NCBI GenBank assembly: GCA_002367635.1
Contig: DFDI01000088.1
Span: 18,671-82,670 of the forward strand
Direction: 5' to 3'
Length of the DNA stretch: 64,000 nt
DNA from: Betaproteobacteria bacterium UBA3031
Lineage (GTDB): Bacteria; Pseudomonadota; Gammaproteobacteria; Burkholderiales; Eutrophovitaceae
Part shown: positions 8,458 to 18,303 of the stretch, piece by piece
How the letters are laid out: every line of letters starts with the position of its first letter
Position numbering within the stretch: position 1 is the first letter of the stretch
Position numbers and translations under genes: made by a program
The notes under the pieces: generated by a model
The model's input: the letters and a program-made list of their open reading frames with translations, nothing else
Told to the model about the DNA's origin: nothing
The model's database searches: none

Positions 8458-9719
8458 TGATGAACCGAAGGGACTTGCTGCGAGATTTATTTGATGCGGC
8501 TGTGCAAGCCGCACTGCCCAAGCACACGATTAAAGAGTACCTCCCAGATCCACCCAAAGGACGGACTATTGTCGTTGGTTGCGGCAAGGCTGCCGCAACC
8601 ATGGCGAAGGCATTCGAAGAGTGTTGGGAACATCCGTTAGAGGGTATTGTTGTGACCCCATACGGACACAGCGTACCCACTGTACGAGTAAAAGTTGTCG
8701 AAGCGTCCCACCCCGTCCCAGACTCAGCCGGGATGCAAGCTGCTCTGAACATACAAGCACTTGTGACTAATCTAACTCCAGACGACTTGGTCGTATTCTT
8801 GGTTTCAGGCGGGGGATCTTCTCTACTTACCCTTCCTGCTAAAGGGATCAGTCTCGACGACAAGAAAATTCTCAATACAAAACTGCTGCAATGTGGCGCG
8901 AACATCAGAGAGATGAATTGTGTGCGAAAACATCTCTCTAGGATAAAAGGTGGACGACTGGCGGAAACTATTTGGCCGGCGCAATGCGTTACGCTTGCGA
9001 TCTCAGATATTCCAGGAGACGATTTATCTGTTATCGCGTCAGGGCCTTCGGAACCTGACGAAACAACATTTGAGGAAGCACTAGCTATCCTTAGCAAATA
9101 CCATATAGATGAACCCAGATCGATCATTGAATTTTTAACTTCGAGCAACCCAGAGACACCCAAACCAGGCAACCCGATTTTTAGAAGAGTTAATTCCCAT
9201 TTAATTTCAACGCCACAACGATCTCTAGAGGCAGCGGCCACAGCCGCACGACAGCATGGATTTACCCCGTTAATACTTGGCGACGCCATAGAGGGGGAAG
9301 CACGGGAAGTGGCACGCGTCTTAGCCGGCATCACCAAACAAGTTGTCAGGCACGGGCAACCCATCCCAAGACCCTGTGTCCTTCTCTCTGGTGGGGAGAC
9401 CACGGTAACGGTGAATGGGAATGGTCGAGGTGGCAGAAATGCTGAGTTTCTGCTCTCCCTTGCCATCGAACTGAATGGCTTACATGGTGTTTGGGCATTT
9501 GCTGGTGATACTGATGGAATCGATGGCACAGAGGACAATGCAGGGGCTTTCATCACACCGGACTCTCTAAAACGAGCACGTGAAATTGGTCTAGACGCAA
9601 AGCGCATGCTCGCGGATAATGACGGTTATAGTTTTTTCGCTAAGCTAGATGACCTTTTGATAACAGGACCTACGCTAACAAACGTCAATGACTTTAGAGC
9701 TATAGTCATCGACCAATGA
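8457..9719 (+). CDS. Glycerate 2-kinase / TtuD-type (DUF4147 + MOFRL)
   Basis: 420 aa. Motifs VVGCGKAA, LVSGGGSSLL, LLSGGETTV and GTDGIDG are typical of MOFRL glycerate kinases. TAATG overlap with glxR. Confidence 0.85.
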   Translation: MMNRRDLLRDLFDAAVQAALPKHTIKEYLPDPPKGRTIVVGCGKAAATMAKAFEECWEHPLEGIVVTPYGHSVPTVRVKVVEASHPVPDSAGMQAALNIQALVTNLTPDDLVVFLVSGGGSSLLTLPAKGISLDDKKILNTKLLQCGANIREMNCVRKHLSRIKGGRLAETIWPAQCVTLAISDIPGDDLSVIASGPSEPDETTFEEALAILSKYHIDEPRSIIEFLTSSNPETPKPGNPIFRRVNSHLISTPQRSLEAAATAARQHGFTPLILGDAIEGEAREVARVLAGITKQVVRHGQPIPRPCVLLSGGETTVTVNGNGRGGRNAEFLLSLAIELNGLHGVWAFAGDTDGIDGTEDNAGAFITPDSLKRAREIGLDAKRMLADNDGYSFFAKLDDLLITGPTLTNVNDFRAIVIDQ

Positions 9720-9734
9720 TTTTAAGAGAGATCC

Positions 9735-11234
9735 ATGGGACACATTGAGCGAGACCTAAAAGAATATCCTGTCGCTTCAGTCAACAAAGAAACGCTTGTC
9801 AAAGAGTTCTCATCGTTCTTGCCGACTGAATCAGTAAAACATGAAACAGAGGATTTAACTCCCTTTGAATGCGATGGACTCACGGCATATCCACAAATCC
9901 CATTGATCGCAGTGTTACCTGAAAACGAAGAACAAGTTTGTCAGGTTATGAAAGTATGTAATCAATTTAAAGTACCTATTGTGTTTCGAGGAGCTGGGAC
10001 GGGGCTCTCTGGTGGAGCGATTCCTTATGACCAAGGAGTCCTGCTCGTTTTAACTAAACTCAAACGTATCGTTCATATCGATCCCGTTGGTCGATATGCT
10101 GTCGTCCAACCCGGCGTGAGAAACGCGGCGATATCGGAAGCAACGAAAAAATACAACCTTTACTATGCTCCTGACCCATCAAGTCAAATTGCCTGCTCAA
10201 TTGGTGGTAATGTCGCCGAAAACTCAGGAGGCGTTCATTGCTTGAAGTATGGACTTACCGTCAACAACATTCTAAGTGTTCGGTTTGTCACCATCGAGGG
10301 GGATATTGTTGAAATTGGCTCAAAAGGATTAGATAGCCCCGGGTATGACTTGCTTGCGCTCATTACCGGATCGGAAGGATTACTGGGGGTGCTCACCGAA
10401 GTAACCGTGAAACTCTTACCGACACCTGAAAAAGCGCAAGTGATTATGGCGTCTTTTGATGACGTCGAAAAAGCCGGCCTTGCCGTAGCGGATATCATTG
10501 CTGCAGGAATTATTCCAGCAGGCCTCGAGATGATGGATAAAAAAGCAATTGATGCTGTTGAACAATTTATTGGTGCGGGCTACCCAATGGACGCAGCAGC
10601 CATGTTGCTGTGTGAATCTGACGGATCCATTGAAGAGGTCAACAACGAAATTAAAAAAACCACAGACGTCCTTTATAAATCTGGCGCGACTGCTGTGACC
10701 GTGTCGACAGATGAAGCACATCGACTCAAGTTATGGGCAGGTAGAAAGTCAGCCTTTCCTGCTGTCGGCAGAGTGCTTCCGGATTACTTCTGCATGGATG
10801 GTACGATTCCTCGGAAAAGATTACCTCAAGTGTTGAAGCGTATTGCTGAAATGGAGGAGACGTTCCAATTGCAGTGCGCGAATGTTTTTCATGCTGGGGA
10901 CGGCAACTTGCACCCACTGATCATGTTTGATGCCAACGAGGGTGATCAACTGCATCGTGCAGAATTGTTTGGCGCCGCCATCTTAGAATTGTGCGTTGAA
11001 GTTGGAGGAACCATAACCGGTGAACACGGTGTAGGCATCGAAAAAATAAATCAAATGTGTGTTCAATTTGATAACCACGAGTTGCAGACCTTTCTCAACT
11101 TGAAACTTGCGTTCGATCCAGACGGACGTTTGAACCCAGGCAAGGCTATTCCGACACTTAATCGGTGTGCCGAATTTGGGCATATGCATGTGCATCGTGG
11201 TGAAGAACGATTTCCAGATATTCCAAGATTCTAG
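9735..11234 (+). CDS. glcD: Glycolate oxidase subunit GlcD (FAD-linked oxidase)
   Basis: 499 aa. FAD-binding PCMH domain (FRGAGTGLSGGA) and GTITGEHGVG. Followed by glcE and glcF. Confidence 0.92.
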   Translation: MGHIERDLKEYPVASVNKETLVKEFSSFLPTESVKHETEDLTPFECDGLTAYPQIPLIAVLPENEEQVCQVMKVCNQFKVPIVFRGAGTGLSGGAIPYDQGVLLVLTKLKRIVHIDPVGRYAVVQPGVRNAAISEATKKYNLYYAPDPSSQIACSIGGNVAENSGGVHCLKYGLTVNNILSVRFVTIEGDIVEIGSKGLDSPGYDLLALITGSEGLLGVLTEVTVKLLPTPEKAQVIMASFDDVEKAGLAVADIIAAGIIPAGLEMMDKKAIDAVEQFIGAGYPMDAAAMLLCESDGSIEEVNNEIKKTTDVLYKSGATAVTVSTDEAHRLKLWAGRKSAFPAVGRVLPDYFCMDGTIPRKRLPQVLKRIAEMEETFQLQCANVFHAGDGNLHPLIMFDANEGDQLHRAELFGAAILELCVEVGGTITGEHGVGIEKINQMCVQFDNHELQTFLNLKLAFDPDGRLNPGKAIPTLNRCAEFGHMHVHRGEERFPDIPRF

Positions 11235-11255
11235 TTACACCTGTAAGGCAGCCTC

Positions 11256-12314
11256 ATGAGTTCAATTGAAACCAGTATTGATCAATTTAAAAGCTTTTTC
11301 GCCGATGCAAAAAAGCGATCCGAATGCGTCCGGATTCGCGGCAGCGGATCGAAAGATTTCTATGGCGTCTCCCTCGAGGGAACAATAGTTGATACCCGTG
11401 ATTTTTCAGGGATCACCGAATACGAACCAACCGAACTGGTGTTGACGGCTCGCAGTGGAACACCCCTGCGCGTCATCGAAGATACTCTGAGTGAGAATAA
11501 CCAAATGTTGGCGTTTGAACCGCCTCACATGGGGCCAGAGGCCACCTTTGGCGGCTGTATTGCCTCTGGGCTATCCGGGCCAAGAAGAGCATCACAAGGT
11601 GCTGTCCGTGATTTTGTTCTGGGTGTGAGGTTACTGAACGCAGATGGGCTCGATCTTCAGTTCGGAGGCAAGGTCATGAAAAATGTGGCAGGGTTTGATG
11701 TCTCCAGACTCATTGCTGGCTCTTTTGGAACACTCGGTTTAATCCTCGAGTCATCCATTAAGGTGCTCCCGAAACCAGAGTGTGAACGCACGATTTTTTT
11801 CGACTTAGACAATCAAACAGCAATAAAAAAGATGAACGAACTAGCCGGCATGCCGATTCCGCTATCAGGCACCTGCTTTGACGGGAACCGTCTAGCAGCA
11901 AGACTATCGGGATCCGAAATTGCAGTAAAAGCCGGCCATCAAAAAATCGGGGGAGAGGCCTCCGATGAAAAAGAATTTTGGCACTCAATTCGAGAACAAT
12001 CGCACCCTTTCTTTCAATCTGAAGGATGCTTGTATCGCCTATCGGTTAACCCAACGGCTCCAGAGACCAAATCTACAAATGGATTAATAGAGTGGAATGG
12101 CAGTACACGGTGGATCTGGAACGAAGGAAGCCTTGAGGAACATCAGGAATTTGCAGGTCAATACGGGGGATACGCGACTGTTTTTCGTGGTAATCAATCG
12201 GGCAAGTCGATTCATGCAATGTCTCGAGAACTGCAAGTGTTACAGCTAAAAATCAAGCAAGCCATGGATCCACAAGGTGTATTCGGTAGACAAAGATTGT
12301 TTACAGAATTCTAG
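11256..12314 (+). CDS. glcE: Glycolate oxidase FAD-binding subunit GlcE
   Basis: 352-aa FAD_binding_4-like protein between glcD and glcF. Confidence 0.88.
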   Translation: MSSIETSIDQFKSFFADAKKRSECVRIRGSGSKDFYGVSLEGTIVDTRDFSGITEYEPTELVLTARSGTPLRVIEDTLSENNQMLAFEPPHMGPEATFGGCIASGLSGPRRASQGAVRDFVLGVRLLNADGLDLQFGGKVMKNVAGFDVSRLIAGSFGTLGLILESSIKVLPKPECERTIFFDLDNQTAIKKMNELAGMPIPLSGTCFDGNRLAARLSGSEIAVKAGHQKIGGEASDEKEFWHSIREQSHPFFQSEGCLYRLSVNPTAPETKSTNGLIEWNGSTRWIWNEGSLEEHQEFAGQYGGYATVFRGNQSGKSIHAMSRELQVLQLKIKQAMDPQGVFGRQRLFTEF

Positions 12315-12341
12315 ATTGTTGCCACAACTAAAAAAATATCG

Positions 12342-13586
12342 ATGAAGACGAATTTAAAGACCGAGATCCTAGAAACGCGCGAAGGCCAAGAGGCTAACGA
12401 TATATTGAGATCCTGTGTTCATTGTGGCTTTTGTACCGCCACTTGCCCTACGTACCAGTTACTGGGCGATGAACTGGATAGCCCAAGAGGGCGCATTTAT
12501 TTAATTAAAGAATTGCTCGAAGGGAAAACGCCCACACAAGCAACCCAATTACACCTAGATCGTTGCTTAACCTGTCGTTCTTGCGAATCCACATGCCCTT
12601 CTGGTGTTCAGTACGGCAGGCTCGTGGATATCGGACGACACATCGTGGACAAAGCGGTACCACGCAGCATTGGAGAACAAGTTAAACGTCAAGCTTTAAA
12701 TAAAATAATCACCAACAAAACCTTATTTCGATCGCTCATTACTGTAGGAAAAATAGTTAAACCGGTATTACCAAAAGCATTACAGAAAAAAATTCCAGAA
12801 CGCCATAAAACCGTCATGACGTGGCCGCAATCTAAACACACGCGCAAGATGTTATTCCTTGACGGATGTGTACAACCTATCTTGGCTCCTAATATCAATA
12901 TCGCAACTGCGCATCTCCTAGATCGTATCGGCATAACACTGATACCAACCTCTCGCGTCAACTGTTGCGGTGCTGTCACCTATCATCTAAATAAACAAAA
13001 AGAGTCACTTCTCTTTGTTAAACAAAATATTGATGCCTGGTGGCCTCTTTTAGAGCAAGGTGCCGAAGCAATTGTAATTACCGCTAGCGGATGCGGCACG
13101 ATGATCAAGGAGTATGGGCACCTTTTGGCAGACGATCCTGATTACGCAGAAAAAGCAAAAATTATTTCTGAGCGCGCCAAAGATCTGTGTGAGGTGTTTG
13201 GTGATGAACTTACGGATTTGAAAGAGCAAGTTCTCGATCCAATCAAAGAAAAACAGATCAGATCTCGTAAAATTGCTTTTCACTCCCCATGTAGCTTGCA
13301 ACATGGGCAACAAATCAAGGGGCTTGTGGAGTCCTTACTCAAAACAGCTGGCTACACGCTGACGATTATCGAAGATTCGCATTTATGCTGCGGCTCCGCT
13401 GGAACCTACTCCTTACTCCAAGCTGACTTATCGGAACGTCTTTTAGACAACAAAATTGAAGCTATCGAAAAAGAGGAGCCTGATTTAATCGTAACCGCTA
13501 ATATTGGATGTCTTACACAACTCCAAAGTGGTACCAAAACTAGGGTTTTGCATTGGGCAGAATTACTAGAAGAGGCGCTCTTATAA
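12342..13586 (+). CDS. glcF: Glycolate oxidase iron-sulfur subunit GlcF
   Basis: Two 4Fe-4S motifs (CVHCGFCTATCP, CLTCRSCESTCP) plus C-terminal CCG domains. Confidence 0.92.
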   Translation: MKTNLKTEILETREGQEANDILRSCVHCGFCTATCPTYQLLGDELDSPRGRIYLIKELLEGKTPTQATQLHLDRCLTCRSCESTCPSGVQYGRLVDIGRHIVDKAVPRSIGEQVKRQALNKIITNKTLFRSLITVGKIVKPVLPKALQKKIPERHKTVMTWPQSKHTRKMLFLDGCVQPILAPNINIATAHLLDRIGITLIPTSRVNCCGAVTYHLNKQKESLLFVKQNIDAWWPLLEQGAEAIVITASGCGTMIKEYGHLLADDPDYAEKAKIISERAKDLCEVFGDELTDLKEQVLDPIKEKQIRSRKIAFHSPCSLQHGQQIKGLVESLLKTAGYTLTIIEDSHLCCGSAGTYSLLQADLSERLLDNKIEAIEKEEPDLIVTANIGCLTQLQSGTKTRVLHWAELLEEALL

Positions 13587-13613
13587 ACAACAGCAGTGAT
13601 AAGGGGAACATAA

Positions 13614-14360
13614 ATGGAAAAAATCGCACTCATCACAGGCGCAACCGCCGGATTTGGAAAGTCTTCAGTCAAAAAATTTATTGAAAATGGCTGGAAAGTG
13701 ATTGCCGCAGGCCGACGAGAGGAGCGTCTCGCAGCATTAAAGGAGCAATACGGTGACGCACTCCATTACCTCGCCTTTGACATTCAGGACAGTCAGCAAA
13801 TCAATGTGGCAATCGATTCGTTACCGACAGAATTTAAAAATATAGACCTATTGATCAACAATGCCGGCCTTGCCCTAGGCACATCCCCGGCACAACAATC
13901 AGATTTAGAGCAATGGAATACCATGGTGGACACCAATATTCGCGGGCTCATGTCACTCACGCACAAAGTGCTGCCAACACTGATTGAACAACGAGGAGCT
14001 GTGATCAATATCAGTTCAGTGGCTGCAAGCTACCCATACCCCGGCGGCAACGTCTACGGCGGAACGAAAGCATTCGTTGTGCAATTCTCTCTTGGATTAA
14101 GATCAGACTTGCATGGAACAGGCGTGCGAGTAACGTGTGTGGAACCAGGAATGTCAGAAACAGAATTCACCCTCGTGCGCACTAAAGGGGATCAATCAGC
14201 ATCGGATAAACTATATGAGGGGGCAAATCCTATGACGGGAGAAGATATTGCCCAGACACTTTTCTGGATTGCCACACTGCCACCTCACGTGAACATCAAT
14301 CGCGTAGAACTCATGCCAGTCAATCAATCGTTTAGCCCCTTTCAAATACATCGTACTTAA
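13614..14360 (+). CDS. ydfG: NADP-dependent 3-hydroxy acid dehydrogenase (SDR), YdfG-like
   Basis: ALITGATAGFG...GRREERL...NNAGLALG closely parallels E. coli YdfG. 248 aa. Confidence 0.8.
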   Translation: MEKIALITGATAGFGKSSVKKFIENGWKVIAAGRREERLAALKEQYGDALHYLAFDIQDSQQINVAIDSLPTEFKNIDLLINNAGLALGTSPAQQSDLEQWNTMVDTNIRGLMSLTHKVLPTLIEQRGAVINISSVAASYPYPGGNVYGGTKAFVVQFSLGLRSDLHGTGVRVTCVEPGMSETEFTLVRTKGDQSASDKLYEGANPMTGEDIAQTLFWIATLPPHVNINRVELMPVNQSFSPFQIHRT

Positions 14361-14389
14361 ACGTCCTCAACCCAAGTCTGGCCAAAACG

Positions 14390-15475
14390 CTACATTCCAT
14401 TTTTAAGGGCAACGAGGGCTTGCCTCAAACGGACCATAAATGTCTGAGCACAATTCGGATTAATCCACCTTACGACCACGACAGCATTCAATTCCCTATC
14501 GATCCAAGTGTATGAACCTCCTGCACCGATCGCAAAAACACTCGATTCAGGAAGTTCAGGAAATAAAATTTTGCTGGTATTTAACCAGGTCAAAAGACCA
14601 TAGTAAGGCGCAAGATGTGACGGGGTAATCATTGAATCAATCCACTCTTCACTGATCAACGTATCGTTACCCCAACGACCTTTTTGTAACATTAATTGAC
14701 CTATGAGCGCTTGATCTTGGCTAGAAATTCTTACACCACCTCCCCAATGACTTCCACCAGGAAGAATTGGCATTAGTACGCCATCAATCTCAACCCACGT
14801 ATCGGCATACGGCGACCAAGACCAATCACACGACGACCCAATTGGTTTAAGAATTTTTTCCTCGAACACCTCATTAAGTGGCTGTCGAAACAGATGCAAT
14901 AAAGCAAGCGATAACTGATTGATTCTTACATCATTGTATTCCCAATAAGTCCCCGGCTGACTCAAAGGTCGCTTCGTTCCTTTCCTGAAATTGGTCTTAT
15001 ACCGACGATCCTGAAACGCTAAATAACGGTAATGATCTACTTGATCTGGAATCCCACAACAAACACCCTCCCACTCACTCGTTTGCTGTAAAAAATGCCT
15101 CCAGCTGATAGATTTATTCTGAGGTGAATCAAAACCCAAATTGAGCAAAGATGTACTAACAGATTCGTCTAAATCTCGAATGAGACCAGAATCAAAAGCG
15201 ATCCCACACAGCAGAGCTAAGTAAGTTTTAGCTACACTGAAGGTTAAGTCTGCTCGTTGATGTTCACCCCAAGATGCAACGACTTGACCATCGAGCAAGG
15301 CTATACCTGACACGCCTCCTCGTGGAAAAACAGGTCCGAAAAGTCTATTCCATGGTGATGAATCCTCTTGATGGATACCCCATGGTTTCGTGTTATCACG
15401 CGTCCATTCAATTTCGTTTTGGACAGCAAACGAAAGACTATCTTCTAGTAAATCAACATCAGATAGCGCCATCAA
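14390..15475 (-). CDS. Serine hydrolase (beta-lactamase-related family)
   Basis: 361 aa with an SVAK (SxxK) motif in a beta-lactamase-like context. Confidence 0.65.
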   Translation of the reverse strand: MMALSDVDLLEDSLSFAVQNEIEWTRDNTKPWGIHQEDSSPWNRLFGPVFPRGGVSGIALLDGQVVASWGEHQRADLTFSVAKTYLALLCGIAFDSGLIRDLDESVSTSLLNLGFDSPQNKSISWRHFLQQTSEWEGVCCGIPDQVDHYRYLAFQDRRYKTNFRKGTKRPLSQPGTYWEYNDVRINQLSLALLHLFRQPLNEVFEEKILKPIGSSCDWSWSPYADTWVEIDGVLMPILPGGSHWGGGVRISSQDQALIGQLMLQKGRWGNDTLISEEWIDSMITPSHLAPYYGLLTWLNTSKILFPELPESSVFAIGAGGSYTWIDRELNAVVVVRWINPNCAQTFMVRLRQALVALKNGM

Positions 15476-15483
15476 AAATCCTA

Positions 15484-15756
15484 TTAATCATCGCGCCGAC
15501 TTTCACCATCAATTACCTTACTCTCATGCTCCACATCTCTAAATCTCTTGCTTAAGTGACGCGTCTTCCACCAAAAACAAATGATTAAAACGAGAATTAA
15601 GACTGCCGCAATGGATAGCAAAACGATCGAAAACATAAAAGCCAAGACCAATCCAACGAGACCAAAAACTGTCACGAGTATCCGCGTCAAAATAGGCCAT
15701 CGTTGCATATTCCTATTTTGACCATTAACACTAAATTGATAAATTTTTTTATTCAT
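15484..15756 (-). CDS. Small membrane protein, hypothetical
   Basis: Two hydrophobic helices (ILVTVFGLVGLVLAFMFSIVLLSIAAVLILVLIICFWW). Start uncertain: GTG at 15798 or ATG at 15756. Confidence 0.4.
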   Translation of the reverse strand: MNKKIYQFSVNGQNRNMQRWPILTRILVTVFGLVGLVLAFMFSIVLLSIAAVLILVLIICFWWKTRHLSKRFRDVEHESKVIDGESRRDD

Positions 15757-15832
15757 TAATTCTATACTACCTTCAAATTCACAAAGGCTAATGATCACCT
15801 CTTATTGATTTCCATGCAAACTGGAAAGGCAA

Positions 15833-16720
15833 TCACCTCATGGCCCAAAGGTGTGCCGCCAGGAGTCCTCTCCAAGGTTTATATTGGATCAACCACTGCT
15901 CTGCCTCGGATACCGACAGCGTTTTTTTTCCCAGCAATTGTTGTATTTTTTTTCGCACAACCATATCGCCATGTAGAGAACCATCCAAAAACGAATACCC
16001 TCTGAGTAAAGTATTGCTCACTGTCCATGGGCCAACACCTTTAAACGACAGCAGAGCGCGTGAAATTGGCTCAAAATCAGAATCCACACTAGGAGTCTCC
16101 TCCAACGACAGTTCACCAGACGCAATTGCTACGGCTAAGGAATGGATCGTATTCGATTTAGCTGATGAAATTCCAAAATTTCGCAGCTCATGCACATTGT
16201 ATTTCGCAATAAATTTAGGTTGAGGAAAGCAAAACAATCCAGACGAATGAATCGTACCCATACCTTTTATGAAACGTGATCTCATCGAAGTCGCCGCCGC
16301 AACGCTGACCTGCTGGCCGATAACAGAAGAAATCAACGCCTCCCAGGGAGAGACGGCCTGAGGCACCCGCAACCCCCTGGTCTCAATGATCGTTCGCCTT
16401 AATATGTGATCTTCAAGCGCCATCGATTCGAAGTCAGCTACAGGCTGAAGCAATCCCAACACCCGAGACACAAGAGAATTGACAATAAACTGCAAGCGCG
16501 ATTTCTTTAATCGCGCATCGACATCTGCCTCAACACTAACTTTATCATCATGAAAATTGATCGCAAAATACGCCGGAACTCCATCAACCCAAAAAGCTTT
16601 TTCAAACCCTGCCCCCGATACCTTCTCCGACACTCCTGCTTGATCCCTTCCGTAATACTGTAAAACACCCTCTGACCTAAAATTATTGGGTACTGAAATG
16701 GTTAAACTCAGAGCAGTCAT
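15833..16720 (-). CDS. alkA: DNA-3-methyladenine glycosylase II (AlkA family, HhH-GPD)
   Basis: HhH-GPD region GVGPWTVSNTLLRG...HGD with a catalytic Asp. The ATG at 16720 has an AAAGG RBS; the longer ORF starts at a TTG at 16741. Confidence 0.82.
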   Translation of the reverse strand: MTALSLTISVPNNFRSEGVLQYYGRDQAGVSEKVSGAGFEKAFWVDGVPAYFAINFHDDKVSVEADVDARLKKSRLQFIVNSLVSRVLGLLQPVADFESMALEDHILRRTIIETRGLRVPQAVSPWEALISSVIGQQVSVAAATSMRSRFIKGMGTIHSSGLFCFPQPKFIAKYNVHELRNFGISSAKSNTIHSLAVAIASGELSLEETPSVDSDFEPISRALLSFKGVGPWTVSNTLLRGYSFLDGSLHGDMVVRKKIQQLLGKKTLSVSEAEQWLIQYKPWRGLLAAHLWAMR

Positions 16721-16826
16721 TTTTATACCTTTTAGAGTCAATTATTACCCCAGTAATATTGTTAAAATTAGGGTGTCCTAGCGGAGGAGTATCTTAGGAC
16801 TATAACCAAATAAAAAAAGGTACGTT

Positions 16827-17564
16827 ATGACGAATCCAATCATTAATAATGTTAAAGATGAACTCACAAAAAATAACATTCTCAGAATCGGAATCAACGC
16901 ATCTAATTTTTTGTTAGTTTCAAGTATCGACATCGAAGGCGTGCCCTTTGGTATCGCCCCTGATTTAGGACGAATGTTTGCAGAGGAAATTGATGCGGCT
17001 CCTAAGTTCATAGTCTTTGAGACACCAGGAAAATTAGCAGATGCAGGACTAGAAGGGGCCTGGGATATTGCGTTCGTTGGCAATGAGCCTCAACGGGCTA
17101 AAGACATTGCTTTTTCCGCCCCTTACCTAGAAATACCAGTAACTTTCTTGGTGCGTGAAAACTCGCCTATTAACAGTCTGTCTGATATCGACCAGGTAGG
17201 AAACCGTATTTCAGTGATGGGTCGCAGCGCTTACGATTTATATTTGACGGCTACGATCAAAAACGCGACGATCATTCGCGCCCAATCCATAGACGAATCA
17301 TTTGAGCAATTCGTAAGCGATGAGCTCGAAGTCTTAGGCGGTCTGAAACCAAGACTTGCATCTGACTGCAAAAAAATACCTGGGAGTCGAGTTCTCGATG
17401 GTCAAATTACATCCGTCAAGCAATCAGCAGGAACACTGCCTACGTATTCAACCAGTGCCAAATACCTACATGACTTTATCGAACGAGCTAAAGCAACTGG
17501 TGTAATCGATAACTTAATCAATAAGTATCAAGTGAAAGGTGTGATTGTTGCACCACTCGTATAA
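16827..17564 (+). CDS. Substrate-binding-protein fold (SBP_bac_3-like) protein lacking a signal peptide
   Basis: ILRIGIN...IAPDLG...AWDIAF...GNRISV pattern of type-3 periplasmic binding proteins. The N-terminus MTNPIINNVKDELTKNN is hydrophilic. Confidence 0.65.
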   Translation: MTNPIINNVKDELTKNNILRIGINASNFLLVSSIDIEGVPFGIAPDLGRMFAEEIDAAPKFIVFETPGKLADAGLEGAWDIAFVGNEPQRAKDIAFSAPYLEIPVTFLVRENSPINSLSDIDQVGNRISVMGRSAYDLYLTATIKNATIIRAQSIDESFEQFVSDELEVLGGLKPRLASDCKKIPGSRVLDGQITSVKQSAGTLPTYSTSAKYLHDFIERAKATGVIDNLINKYQVKGVIVAPLV

Positions 17565-17577
17565 ATGATGAAGCAGT

Positions 17578-18231
17578 TCAAATGCGTTTAAAATGCTTCA
17601 TCACTTCGGTGAAACTTATACCGCGTCGAATTTCCGCTGTTGCTTGAAGATCATCCTTTTGATATAGCGTCGCCTTCTCGAGCACGGTAAACGCCTTGGC
17701 ATGCGGAATCACGACTAATCCGGTTGAGTCGCCAATAATGATATCGCCACTTTCGACAGCGATCCCGTCCAATGAAATGGGACCGCCTATTGATTTGACA
17801 TGAAGTCGTGTGCGACCAGTTGTCGGTATCACATATCGACTGAAAACATTAAATCCACACGCATTAATTTCGTCCACATCACGCACAGATCCATCAACTA
17901 CAAGCCCAGAAATTCCTTTAACTGAAGCAGCTAGCGATGCCATGCCGCCCCATATAGAGGCTTTAGCTCCTTTAGCGGCAACCACAATTACGTCACCCTT
18001 TTCGGCCCTATCAATCATTGCACCAACCCGAAATTCATGTGATGAAAAAGTGCCTGCCTCGCCGACCTCAACCTCAACCGTTAAGGCTCTCCCGACCACT
18101 CGCATACTCGGTTCAACGGGACGTATTGATACGGAGCTGTTAATAAATTTTCCTACGTCATCAAGCGCATTGGCTAAGGTCGCAGTTGGGATATCTTTGA
18201 GCGCCTCAATAATTTCATCTAGATCAGTCAT
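17578..18231 (-). CDS. RraA-family protein, long form (HMG/CHA aldolase-like)
   Basis: 217 aa, RraA-like fold sequence (VVVAAKG...SIWGG...GLVVDGSVRD). Sits 72 bp downstream of the dehydratase on the same strand. Confidence 0.75.
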   Translation of the reverse strand: MTDLDEIIEALKDIPTATLANALDDVGKFINSSVSIRPVEPSMRVVGRALTVEVEVGEAGTFSSHEFRVGAMIDRAEKGDVIVVAAKGAKASIWGGMASLAASVKGISGLVVDGSVRDVDEINACGFNVFSRYVIPTTGRTRLHVKSIGGPISLDGIAVESGDIIIGDSTGLVVIPHAKAFTVLEKATLYQKDDLQATAEIRRGISFTEVMKHFKRI

Positions 18232-18303
18232 AAAAAATCCTATTGAACTTAGAAGTACTGTTCATAATTGAAAAAAGTGCTCTGATGTCGACCGACAATA
18301 CAC

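Noticed and set aside
8366-9607. A 413-aa ORF on the minus strand, the longest unexplained ORF in the track.
   Set aside because: It lies entirely antisense to the well-supported MOFRL glycerate kinase. Its translation is low-complexity and rich in S, P, A and R, with no motifs. This is a typical shadow ORF.
17810-18271. A 153-aa plus-strand ORF. Similar antisense ORFs occur at 47960-48421, 2496-2855, 15840-16223, 24191-24541 and 60423-60785.
   Set aside because: All lie opposite strongly motif-supported genes (RraA-like, CitE-like, amt, alkA, TBDR, MFS). They have biased composition and no RBS or recognisable domains.
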